Shown piece after piece: positions 12,461-25,015 of a stretch of 64,000 bases of DNA (its first letter is position 1; each line of letters begins with the position of its first letter). The notes under the pieces are model-generated. The model saw only the letters and a list, made by a program, of their open reading frames with translations. It did not search any database and had not been told where the DNA came from. The stretch covers positions 143,468,001-143,532,000 of the forward strand of contig OX597817.1 of the NCBI GenBank assembly GCA_951406725.2, read 5' to 3'. This DNA comes from Octopus vulgaris (Eukaryota). The translations under genes were made by a program, and so were the position numbers.

Positions 12461-12859
12461 AATTAAAACATTACTATTCTTTAAATCTCACAATGTGAGA
12501 TATTCAGCAACAGTATTTTGAAGTAAAGATTGTTTGCCAACATACCATGGCAGTCCTGGTTTAGGACTAATGTTGCTGTAATTTGTCACTTTGAAAACTA
12601 TATATTTCGAACGGGAATTTGGCAGCACCACCTTTACCCGAGCAATTATTCTGTGCTGATGAAAGGAAATAACATAGAAATCGCGATACACCGATATTGT
12701 TTTGAGCTGAGTGGGGGTGCTAGATTCCCTTGTTTAAAAATATAAGGACACAGATCATGTTGTATAGCCAGCTGGAGACAATGTCTCTTGGAGCTAAATT
12801 ACAGCAACATTCGTTTTAAACCAGGACTGCCAGGCTATGTTGGCAAACAATCTTTACTA
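12461..12859 (+). mobile_element. Non-coding hammerhead-bearing element with internal inverted repeat (Penelope-like/retrozyme-like)
   Basis: Approx. 63-bp inverted arms at 12522-12584 and 12796-12858. Flanked by the direct repeat CATCATTTTTATC (12448-12460 and 12860-12872). Related pieces at 51030-51280 and 54380-54480. Confidence 0.65.
12640..12700 (+). ncRNA. Degenerate type I hammerhead motif inside a foldback repeat
   Basis: GTG CTGATGA aaggaaataacata GAAA TCGCGA TA CAC. Palindromic stem III, unpaired stem II. Downstream sequence is homologous to that following the 51058 motif. Confidence 0.55.
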
Positions 12860-13164
12860 CATCATTTTTATCGTTCTATATTCTAGAGATGAGGAATTTT
12901 GGAATTCATTTGCAGTATTACTCATGTTGAGAAAAAGTGTTATTACAAGCCTACTGATTCCAGGTACAAGGTGAACAGAAGTGAGAAGAGACAGGAGGAC
13001 AGGGGAATTTGGTCAGTAGAGGTTGTAAGAGTGTACGGGAGAGGGCGAAATGGTTGGAGATGGTAGGGAAGTGTTAGCTGTTTGGTTACATACAGATGTG
13101 AAGGTGCGTGGCTTCTGGTTAAGGTATTTGGCTCATGGTCGTAAAGTTTTTTTTTCATAGCGTT

Positions 13165-13238
13165 TTGTCTTAATAACTGATGAGATCCAGAGCAAACTTC
13201 AGGCCCAGTGTCTGAAACTCTGAGTTTTATTATGACAA
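13165..13238 (+). ncRNA. Type I hammerhead ribozyme motif
   Basis: TTGTC-t-TAATAA CTGATGA (30-nt weak stem II) GAAA CTCtGAG TT TTATTA-t-GACAA. Stem I has 11 of 12 positions paired; GUU triplet ends at 13226. Confidence 0.7.
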
Positions 13239-13598
13239 CCAACTAATTGTCACATATATACTTAACACATCAAAGCTTTTACATTTTTTCTTTTGACAAT
13301 CTTTTTCTAAAACAGTGAAACTGGTCAAGTGAATAAACATCTTTCATATATATTTCCACCTGTGCGGTATATATATATAAAATAAAAAAGGAACAAAAAC
13401 ATAATAAAGGACAATAAAACATTTGGACAGATAGACAATACAAAAGCAGACAAGAGAAACAACAAATAGCAGGACAGGTAAAAACAGACGGGTCATTTGT
13501 GGCCTTCTTTCTTCAGTCAAGTACCAGAAGTCATGACCATTTCAGGCAGTTACATGAGATGGTTCAATTTGCTGGCCTCCAAAAAGTCTAAGCTAAGA

Positions 13599-13648
<50 letters not shown>

Positions 13649-14463
13649 CATCACATGTTATACAGTATATATTTCTTTGTATATAAAGATGATTCCATCT
13701 GTTGTTGCTTTGAGTAGCAGCAAAGTGAATCGCAGGCTTCATATTTGTGAATCTTTTTTCTTTTTTGGTGGGGTTTCAAATCTGAATAATGTGGTTTCAG
13801 TTTTCATTAAACAAACATATTACTTCAATTTTGCTTTCAATATAGTGTGTGTATGCACCCGTGTGCATGTGAATAAACCTTGGACTCCCAGATGATTACA
13901 AAATGCATGCTTCCTTAAAATCACCATATTAAACAAATATTAAACAAATTTCCTTGCATAAAGTTTAGTATGAATCCCATATATGTGTGTGTACATAGGT
14001 GTGTGCTCTGTACCTTGAAAAATATCCAAAAGAATTCTTAATCTAAAGATAATCACATTTTCAACATTCTTAATTTTCAGAAATATATGTGATCTATTAT
14101 CTGGGTGGGGTATCAAACTATGTACGCGTGCGTGCATGTGCACTTTTATATACGTTAATGTGTGTTTTGTATATGTGTATAAACATCCACAAGCATTGCA
14201 AAGTTATGAAATTCTGAAGAATTTTCAAATATTTTTACATCCTACAGTTAAGACAACAAAGACACGATGACAGACAAACCTCCCCAGAGGATTCAGCTTG
14301 GTCTTAGGGATAATTCTTGGATACTTTGTCTCAATGTCTTGAAACTAATCGACTGAGTACAAGTTCTTGCTGTCCTTCCATCTGGAATAGGCTGGACAAA
14401 ACCAAAGATTAACATTTCGGATGAGTCGCTTCTTTCAACAAAGAAACCGTCACAAAAGGTTAG

Positions 14464-14830
14464 TCTTTTACGTGTTTCAGTCATTTGAATGCAGCCATGC
14501 TGGAGCACTGCCTTTAGTCGAACCAATCTACCCCCAGGACTTATTTTTTGTAAGCCTAGTATTTATTCTATAGGTCTGTTTTGCCGACCCTCTAAGTTAC
14601 AGGGATGTAAACAAACCAACATCAGTTATCAAGCGAAGGTGGGTGACAAACACAGACACACACGCACACACGACAGGCTTCTTTCAGTTTCCCTCTGCCA
14701 AATCCACTCACAAGGCTTTGGTCGGCCCGCGGCTATAGTAGAAGACACTTGCCCAAGGTGCCACACAGTGGGACTGAACCCGGAACCATGTGGTTGGTAA
14801 GCAAGCTACTTACCACATGGCCACTCCTGT
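14464..14830 (-). mobile_element. SINE family A
   Basis: Collinear with 1106-1516. Confidence 0.85.
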
Positions 14831-15032
14831 AGGCACATTTTCATTTCAAGTCTTACTCATGTTGAGAAAAAGTGTTATTACAAGCCTACTGATTCCATGT
14901 ACAAGGTGAACAAAAGTGAGAAGGGACAGGAGAACAGGGAATGTAGATCAGTAGAGGTTGTAAGAGTGTACGAGAGGGGGAAAAATGGTTGGAGATGATA
15001 GGGAAATGTTAGCTGTTTGGTTACATACATAT

Positions 15033-15345
15033 GTGAAGGTGCATGGCTTCTGGTTAAGGTATTTGACTCATGGTCGTAAGGTTAGGGGTTTGATTCTCAG
15101 TGGAATGCTGTGTCCTTGAGCAAGACACTTTATTTCACGTTGTTCCAGTCCACTCAGGTGGCAAAAATGAGTTGTACCTGTAAATCAAAGGGCCAACCTT
15201 GTCACATTCTGTGTCATGCTGAATCCTTCTGAGAACTACATTAAGGGTACACATCTCTGTGGAATACTCAGCCACTTGCACGCTAATTTCACAAGCAGGC
15301 TGTCCTGTTTTGTTGATCGAATCAACTGAAACACTCGTCGTAACA
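15033..15345 (+). mobile_element. tRNA-derived SINE family D
   Basis: TGAAGGTGCATGGCT..TGGTTA head, then GTGTCCTTGAGCAAGACACTTTATTTCACGTTG.TCCAGTCCACTCAG. Related copies at 17500-17836(-), 24757-25240(+), 33240-33440(-). Confidence 0.75.
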
Positions 15346-17499
15346 TATATAGATAAGTAACCAAATCAGTTAAGTAGGTTTCTGCTCCTGAATGTCAGAT
15401 CCTTGGGAAATACATTATTTGTCCCAACCTACATATATATTATTCTGGATGCTGTCAGGTTCTTCATACAGTTACAAAACAAACGCTACCAAGTTCTTCA
15501 CATAATGCCAAAAGCAAGGTTTCTGTCGCTAAAAAAACTGATTTTTAAGAATAGAAAATAGAAGAATTGAAAACGGCCAAAGCCATAGCAAAGAGTAAGA
15601 TTGTGAAAGAAGACATCCAGTTGTAAAACATTTGTTCCAATCAAGCCAGCAAGGAAATAACAGTCAGATCTTCCAAGATTACACCTTACCATGTTAGAAA
15701 TGGAAGATCAAAGTGGAATAATGTAGTTCTAGATGCATCATAGTTGAAAACAAAACAAAAAAAAAAATGACGTGGTCACAGCGGTAACATCTCTCTGATC
15801 ATAGGTTTGATCTCTAAGAGGATGCTGCTGCTGCTACTACTACTACTACTAATACCAATTAATGCATATGAGAATATCTAAGCCTGTGGAACTCGTGATA
15901 ACAAAGTTCAAAAAGTAAAACATTTCAAAGTGAAAACAACAATAACTTTATTGTTAATCTACTTAGTACTAACAATGACTTCAATAAAACATTTTACTCA
16001 GCTGAACACTAATTAATTAATTATCGTTAGGAAGAGAGAGAGAATAGGATCAGTCATGAGTTGAGCCATGATAAAATTTTACAATTGCTGAATAATAGAT
16101 AATTCCCCAATGGTGATGAGTGTTCTATTATACAACATACAGGATCAAAGTTTGACAATTTCATCATCTGACCTAATCGTTATTATAATTTTGGGGAAAT
16201 CTGTCGCTCTATCGGTCTGTAACATAACTTCCATTATGTAACCTAGATGACTCATTGGTATCGTCCACTTCAGCTTCCTCCAAAGAACATGCAATTTCAC
16301 AAAGATAAACAACAGTGCAGTGGCAGCATTCTGTTACTGCTTTTACTCATACCTCACCCTCTCACCCAATACACTCCCCCACCTCTCTCTCTCCTGTTAT
16401 CTGTAAATATATATATGGATGTAATGTATATACATATAGAAATAAAGCAGTCCCTGGTCAATCTTGGCCAAAAGTGCTTCAGTCATAGCCAGAACAGTCT
16501 TTTATTCAAAGATATCGTAGTGCATAGAGCATCATTCAATGTATCCTCACATATCAGGTGGCACTGGCACCGGTCACGCTTGAATGGTGTTTTTTACATG
16601 CCACTGGCACAGGAGCCAGTCGAGCAGCACTGGCATCAGTCACACTCAGAGGTGCCAGTCAGCACTGGCATCAGTCACACTCAGAGGTGCCAGTCAGGTG
16701 GCATTGGTATTGGTCACAATCAAATGGTGCTTTTTGGACACTAAAAATATTATCACAGATCCCCTATCTCGCACTGGAGTTGATGTAATCCACTTAATCC
16801 CTTTGTCTGTCCCCTCTATGTTTAGCCCCTTGTGGGTAGTAAAGAAATATATTTTGCTTTCATAGATCCCCCCTAAAATCTTACATGGACATCCCAGGGG
16901 TCGCATGTATCTTGGTTGAGAACCAGCACATTCTCTGTACAGTGGCTACGTATACAGCATCTGCCATAATATTAGATGGTGAAATCTTTCTGTCAAAAAG
17001 ATGACCATTATAAACAATTTATGAAGACAATATGCTTTTGTTGTTGGTGGTGTTGCTGCTACAGTTGTTGAGATATGAGAGAATGAATGATAAAGAAAGG
17101 AAACAGAGGGAGAAAGCTTATGAATATTTGAATGAATGTGACCACTATGTCCGACAACAAGGCAGGTGTTATGTAATGGAAGGAAGAAAAATATTTTTTA
17201 AAATATTAACTATTTACTGCACAGTTACGAGAGAAAACACTACAACAGCAACCATAATGACTGCTGCTATGACAACAATTTCTAAAGTTAGTGACAAGGA
17301 CAAAAACTCGGAGCGTTGTAGCGGGGGGGGGGGGGGAATAATTGATTACATCAGTGCCAGTCTTTGACTTGGCGCTTTATTTTATCAACAACAGAAGTAA
17401 AAGCTGACCCTGACAGAATGTGGAAGTCCTAATATAGAAATTCAAGTAAATACTACAAGACATTTGCCCAGTACTCGACAGATTCCATCTTGCACCGTC

Positions 17500-17836
17500 A
17501 TAATAAGGAGAGGAGACCCCCTTCGGTCATGAATGACCATGGGATTGCACCTAGGAAATTACTCTCCGAAGCACAAGTCCGGGCAAGGTTGTTTGTGGAA
17601 GACCAGCAGTTGGCCATGCATACCAGACTCCCCTCTCCGTGCCACCAATGTTGGGAAAGGGAAAGGTCAATACAGCTTGGCAGTGATGTTGCAACTCATT
17701 TCCACAGCTGAGTTAACTGGAGCAACGTGAAATAAGTGTCTTGCTCAAGAACACAACACATAGTCCGGTCCAGGAATCGAACTCACAACCTCACGATTGC
17801 AAGCTTGACACTAACCACTGAGCCATGCACCTTCAC
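17500..17836 (-). mobile_element. SINE family D copy with a different 3' tail
   Basis: A-box TGGCTCAGTGG, B-box GAGTTCGATTCC, tail CATGGTCATTCATGACCGAAGGGG. Confidence 0.7.
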
Positions 17837-18044
17837 TGTCATAATAATAATAATAATACTGGTTTCAAATTTTGGTGCAAAGCCAGTAATTTTAAGGGGA
17901 TTTGTCAATACCATCAACCCCAGTATATGACTGGTACTTTATTGTATCTTCCTGAGAGGAATAAATGACAAAGTTGACCTCAGTGGAATTTGAACTCAAA
18001 CTCTAAAGCATTTCATCCAGGATGCTTATAATTCTGCCACCTTT

Positions 18045-18045
<1 letters not shown>

Positions 18046-18087
<42 letters not shown>

Positions 18088-18121
18088 TTATAATAATAAT
18101 AATAACAATTATAATAACAAT

Positions 18122-18162
<41 letters not shown>

Positions 18163-18263
18163 TTATAATAATAATAATAATAATAATAACAATTATAATA
18201 ATAATAATAATAATAATAACAATTATTATAATAATAACAATAATAATAATAATAATAATAATT

Positions 18264-18294
<31 letters not shown>

Positions 18295-18316
18295 TTATAA
18301 TAATAATAATAACAAT

Positions 18317-18354
<38 letters not shown>

Positions 18355-18394
18355 TTATAATAATAATAATAACAATTATAATAATAATAACAAT

Positions 18395-18427
<33 letters not shown>
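18046..18427. repeat. (AAT)n microsatellite with ACAATT variants
   Basis: Direct reading; a similar (ATT)n array lies at 42060-42278. Both abut SINE B tails. Confidence 0.98.
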
Positions 18428-18561
18428 CCTTTCTACTATAGGCACAAGGGCCTGAAATTTGGGGGAGAGGGCTAGTCGATTTCATCGACCCTAGCATGTA
18501 ACTGGTACTTATTTAATCAATCCCTAAAAGAATAAAAGGCAAGGTGGTGGTGGTATTAATT

Positions 18562-18628
<67 letters not shown>

Positions 18629-20324
18629 TTTCTACCATAGGCAATGGACATTAATTCTGTCATAGAATACATACAACTTTACTGATACACCCCACCCCTC
18701 ACCCCCATCCATTATCTGACTTTGATATATTCTAATCAACTCCAGAGAGATGAAAGACAGAACATCAGTGAAAGTCTGAGCTCAGAGCAGAGAGACACAT
18801 AAATATTACAAACCATTTTCACCAATGCTCTACCATTTCTCTCAATTCACCACCACCACCACAATAATAATAATAATAATGCACTGCTAACATCATCATT
18901 GTTGTTTAACGTCCACTTTCCATGCTGGTATGAGTTGGAGAGTTTGACTGAGGTCTGGAGAGCCAGAGGACTGTGCCAGGCTCCAATCTGATCTGGCAAG
19001 GTACTTCTACAGCTGGATGCCTCTCTCACTCAATAATAATAATAATAAAAATCCTTTCTACTGGAAGCACAAGGCCTCAAATTTGGGGGAAATGATTAAG
19101 TCAACTGCATTGTCCAGTGTGTCCTACCTTTTTGTTTTTTGAGAATCTTAAGATGCTAGAGTACAAGAGATCTGAGGGAAATTTGGCTGCTATTTCTGAC
19201 TTATTCACTGAGTCAAGGATAGATGACTGAGATAATAAATTACTAGATAAGAAGCGAAAGGGGTCAGCAGTTATATCCTGTCATTAGTCCTGCATTTAAC
19301 CCAAATATTCTGTTCTATGTTCAAACAGGCCATAATTGGCCTCTCACACCTACCCTGCTATGTCATTCTAAAAATAAACAATTCACATCATCAAAATTTC
19401 AAAGCTGTGACATAATGAATGATTAATTAAAAACAATGTGAATTAAAAAGCATTATATTTGATGGAGTAATCTGAATGCTAAAAGGTTAAGCCCATAGCC
19501 AAAGAATTTAGTTCCCAAAAGCTAAACCCACTTAGCTTTATATAGGTTCTGTTCACGGTTGTTGCACTGAAATGATTGATGGTTGTTCCAATCAAAAAGA
19601 CTGCCACTAATAGATCATCATCATCATATCTAGAGAGAGATTAACCTTTTTGGCCATTGCCAGTGCTGCCTGATTGGCCCTCGTGCCGATGGCACATAAA
19701 AAGCACCCACTACACTATTGGAGTGGTTGGCATTAGGAAGGGCATCCAGCTGTAGAAACTCTGCCAGATCAGATTGGAGTCTGATGCAGCCAGCTGGTTT
19801 GCCAGACCTCAGTCAAATCATCCAACCCATGCTAGCATAGAAAGCGGATGTTAAACGATGATGATGATGATGATGATGATGATAGCAACCAGCCAGGGAC
19901 CCAACCTGATTCTACAATACAAACTTCCTGATTTAAAAGGATTTATGTCAAAATATTCCATTAAAATCCCACGTTAATTTATGTTCCAAACACCAGCTTA
20001 ATAAGGCAAAGTTAATTTTACTAAACTTGTATTTTTTGGGAGGGTCATTATGCCAATAATAATAAACACATGCGCTGGTTCAATATCACTTCTTTAAACA
20101 AAGTACTTTACCGAATTTCACATTATTTTCAAAATTAATTGAAACAAAGGCAGTGCACTTCAACAGATATAGAGTAATGGAAAGGTCAGTCTCTCATCCA
20201 TTTGACACAACAGAAACAAGAGATTAAGTACTGGCAAGGATCAATTTATATTTTTTTGGCATAGAAGATGGACAGGCATTTTGAATACACCCCAATTTCA
20301 GCAGTGCATATTCAGAAAAATTAT

Positions 20325-20560
20325 AACCCAATTTCACATACAGGACCCATATATAACCCACACAGCGCCCATATATGACCCACACAGCACCCATATATGA
20401 CCCACACAGGACCCATAAATGAACCAGAGGGCCCATATATGAACCACACAGAACCCATATATGACCCACACAGGGCCCATAAATGAGCCACAGGGCCCAT
20501 ATATGAACCACACAGGGCCCATAAATGAACCACAGCACCTATACAGAACTCATATAAGAC
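20325..20560. repeat. 20-21-bp minisatellite CCCATATATGA(A)CCACACAGG
   Basis: About 11 tandem units. Confidence 0.95.
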
Positions 20561-21272
20561 ACATACAGAACCAAAAAGTGCATCTTATGCCTTCGAATAC
20601 AGTAGCTACTGTGTATGCACTTGGTCTGAATGAAATCAATACCTTTTTCTCCTTTCACTTACAGAATATTTTCAGAAAGAGAGAAAGACAGACAAACAGG
20701 CAGACAGACAGACAGACAAGCAAGTAGCATGAATTGGACAACGAAAAATCTGGGAGGGAAGAAATAGGGAGAGGGTTTGTTTGTAGATTGACAACAAATT
20801 ATTAAGGAGTAAATTGTACAATTTTGGACAATTGATACAGAAAGAGATAAAAGACAGACAAAAACCAGAAAAGGAAGGAATGAAAATGGTAAGAAGGATA
20901 TCTACGACTAGAAAAATAAGAGTCAATCTTACCAATACAAAGAGATCAATACTAAATGCGTTATCAAAGGTCAGCGGTTATTAAGAACCTATACTCGATG
21001 TATAAAGGTCAGTTTATGTAAAGAGACCATACTCTCTGATAGATTAAAGGTTAGCGATCAGGAAGAGTAAATTCATCATCATCATCGTTTAAGATCTGTT
21101 TTACATGCTGACATGGGTTAGATAGATGAACAGGAACCGAAGAAGCAGAAGACGGTGCCAAGCAGCAATGTCTGCTTTGGTGCCAACCACTTCACAGAGT
21201 TTACTGGGGAGGATTTTTCCATGGCAGTGACCCTCTCGAGGTTATCAAGTAATTTTGGAAGATAAAAACCCA

Positions 21273-21421
21273 GGTGTGGTAAGTACCTTGCTTACCAACC
21301 ACATGGTTCCGAGTTCAGTCCCACTGTGTGGCACCTTGGGCAAGTGTCTTCTACTATAGCCTCGGGCTGACCAAAGCCTTGTGAGTGGATTTGGTAGACA
21401 GAAACTAAAAGAAGCCCATCG

Positions 21422-21486
<65 letters not shown>

Positions 21487-21718
21487 ATATATATATATAT
21501 GTATGTGTGTGTGTATGTTTGTGTGTCTGTGTTTGTCCCTCAACATCGCTTGACAACCGATGGTGGTGTGTTTACGTCCCCATAACTTAGCAGTTCGGCA
21601 AAAGAGACCAACAGAATAAGTACTAGGCTTACAAAGAATAAGACCTGGGGTCGATTTGCTCGACTCGAGGTGGTGCTCTAGCATGGCCACAGTCACATGA
21701 CTGAAACAAGTAAAAGAG
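21273..21718 (+). mobile_element. SINE family A with expanded internal microsatellite
   Basis: Reverse complement of the 1106 copy. Further + copies at about 22990-23345, 28140-28480, 31293-31712 and 45460-45810. Confidence 0.85.
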
Positions 21719-24700
21719 TATGTGAATCAGGTATAGTACTGAAGGAGGTGAAGGGGTATGATAGGGGGAAGGACAGGAATGTGGGCCCTGCTGAAGAAGA
21801 GAGATGTGTGGCTTCCACAACTAGAAACAGTGTAAGAGAAAGAGAGGGGGGGAGAGAGATAGTGAGGGCATCCCCTCAAGGTAGAAGATGGATACAGGAG
21901 AGGGAAAATACAAACAGAAGGGTAAGTTGGCAAGAATGTGAAAAGAGCAAGACAAGATTAGGGGTGGAGAGTGAATAGAGCACAACATGGAAGCAGAGTC
22001 AATGGTAAATATCAGTTTGAGAGGGAGAGAGTGAAGTAAATAGGAGTGAGTTAGGGGGAGGTGATAAAGGACAGTAAAAAGTAGGGGAGATAAATAGTAT
22101 CATTTACAGCAGCAGAATGAAGTGCACAGTAGTTAGAAGAGGGATGGAGGGATGGATGTTAAAAGCTGAGTTGTTGGGGAAACACTGACAGGACTTCATT
22201 AAATATGAGGTTGGTGAGTATAACGAACGTAGACAAATCAGTCACACCAGATTTTAGATTCTGAGGCTTCACCACTGAAACTTATTTGGACATAATTCCG
22301 AATTCTTCAAATCAGTCAAAGAACCTGTTGCTACCATTCTTGTGGTAATCTCAACCTTTGACAATTCAAAGAAACCAATGTCACGATGTGAAGAAATAAA
22401 TAGTTTGGAAGTGATTGCGATTCAATAAATTCTAATTCATTTGCTTTTCGTCTGTCATTTAATTTTCTTTCGTCTTCAACTTGTTTTATTAACAAGGAGG
22501 ACTGCAGTCCGCCAGATCAATAAAGTGTTCGGCTATGAATTAGATGATGAACACTTTAATCTGGTCACTGGCAGCTGTGATGTCGCAAATCAAGACACTT
22601 CCTATACAAAATCTGACAAACTTTTAACCATAAACAATACAGTTAACAACAGGGAGGGGGTAAAATCCACTGGAGAGGAGGAGGAGGTAGAGTTCGCAAG
22701 AGAGAAGGAGGAAGAATGAATTCAGCAGAGAGGAGGTAGTGGTTATGCAAGGGAGGGAGTGGTCATGAGAGTGAGAGGCAGAGTTATAATGAACAACAAA
22801 AGTAACTCTGTAAAACTGCATTTTATTAGTTTCTTGTGCAAGAATCAAATTTATCAGGTCAGGTGGTCACTTCAAAATTCTTTAACACTTTGTGCTTTTA
22901 GTAGCAACCACAATTAGACAGGATTTTGAACTCGTAATGGTGTGATTGGTAAGATAAAATCTGGAATCAAAAATAAACTGAGAGAAGTACAGGCGTGGCT
23001 GTGTGGTAACAAGCTTGCTTCCCAATCACGTGGTTCCTGGTTCAAACCCACTGTGTGACACCATGTGCAAGTGTCTTCCACTATAGCCTCAAGCCAAACA
23101 AAACCTCGTGAGTGGGTTTGGTAGAAGGAAACTGAAAGAAGCCTCTTGTGTGTGTGTGTGTCTGTCCCCTACCACCACTTGATAACTGGTGTTGGTGTGT
23201 TTACATCCCTGTAACTTAGCAGTTCAGTAAAAGAGACCAATAGAACCAGTACCAGGCTTTAAAAAAAAAAAAATGTACTAGGGTTAATTCATTTGACCAA
23301 AAGACGAAAAGTTAAAAGCAATGCTCCAGCATGGCCAGAGTCTAAAAACAAAAACAAGTGTGATATAAACGATAAAAAGATAAACATCAACAATAATAAA
23401 TAAAATAATAAAAAAAAGGGGGAGAATTCATAAAATGACAAATAACTGAAATGAAATGAAATGTGTGGAGTACAAAATGTAAACATCTCGGGGCTCTTGC
23501 ACCTAAATGGAGACCAGAAGATGAAGGAGTTGTTTGAATTCTGTACTATTGGCTTAAATAATCAAGGATACTGATGCAACCAACCATTTGACCTCTTCAA
23601 AAAGAGACGAAACAAACAGTGATAAATTATTATCAATAAATATTTTAGTAGATTAAAAAGCCATTAAGATAATTGTTTAATGGACTGCTTTTAATTACTC
23701 CAAGTCTGTTTTTAAATTATCATTTTTAAAAAGATGAATATTAAAGATATGCTTAGTATTTTATAGACTGGTAAAATTATTATTATTACTATTATTAAGG
23801 TGGCGAGCTGGCAGAAACGTTAGCATGCCAGGCGAAATGCTTAGCGGTATTTTGTCTGTCTTATATTCTGAGTTCAAAGTTTGCCGAGGTTGACTTTGCC
23901 TTTCATCCTTTCAGGGTTAATAAATTAAGTACCATTTGCACACTGGGGTAGATCTAATCGACTAGCTCCATCCCCCAGTAGAAAGGATTATTATCATCAT
24001 TATGGCTGCAAGTTGGCAGAATCACTAGCAGGCCAGACAAAATACTTAGTGGCATTTTGATATCCTTACGTTCTGTGTTCAATGTCTTTACTCACAGAAT
24101 GCAAACAAATTAATTCCAAACAAGTTGAATTAAAGAAGAAACAAACATAAAAGACAAAATATAATATGGAAGTGAAATAAGTTTGAAATTCAAATGTTCT
24201 CAAAGTAAGGAGTGAAAGACAACTGCAAAGGTGGATAAACTTTTCTACTCAAGGCACAAGGCCCGAAATTTTGGAGGAGGGGGGCCAGTCAATTAGATCA
24301 ACCCCAGTACACAACTGGAAGTTAATTTATCGACTCTGAAATGATGAAAGGCAAAGTCGACTATGGCAGAATTTGAACTCAGAACGTAAAGTCAGACGAA
24401 ATACTGCTAAGCATTTGGTCCAGTGTGCAAACGATTCTGCCAGCTCACTGCTTTACCAAAGGTGACTAAAGGACACAGGCTGGGCTGTGTAATTGAGAAC
24501 CTTGTGTGCCAACAAACTGGTATTAAGTTCAATCCCACTGTGTGGTACTTTGAACAAGTCTCCTATTATAGTTCCAGGTTGACTATAAAGCCTTGTGAGT
24601 AGATCTGGTTGGTAGAAACCGTAAGAAGCTGGTCATGTGTGTGTGCCTTTGCCTAGACATCACACAGTCATTTTAAATAAGCATCACAACCACATAAGTG

Positions 24701-24775
24701 AGGATGTTCATTTCCAGTCTCCAGTGAAAATTAAGTCTAGCTATGGGAAAATACTGTGGAGCACATAGCTTAGTG

Positions 24776-25015
24776 CAGTGGTTCCCAAACTTTTACAGGC
24801 TGCCACCCCTTTGGCACCCAGGCCACATTACTAGCACCACCACTCTCTAACTTACCACCACAAACAAAGACCACTTCCTGAAGCAAATTCAAAGCAACTG
24901 CATTTCACAAATAAAACTTAAACCTAATTAACCGATTATTTTTGTTGTTTTTACATCAATTGCTACCCAATTACCACCCCACTTTTCTTCAATGCTCCCA
25001 CTTTGGGAACCACTT
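24776..25015. mobile_element. hAT (Charlie-type) MITE inserted in a SINE A-box
   Basis: TIR CAGTGGTTCCCAAA / TTTGGGAACCACTT; perfect TSD GCTTAGTG (24768-24775 and 25016-25023). Confidence 0.9.

Noticed and set aside
18003-18497. Poly-Tyr/poly-Ile ORFs (also 42036-42384 and the many HT/VC/YI ORFs)
   Set aside because: Translations of microsatellites.
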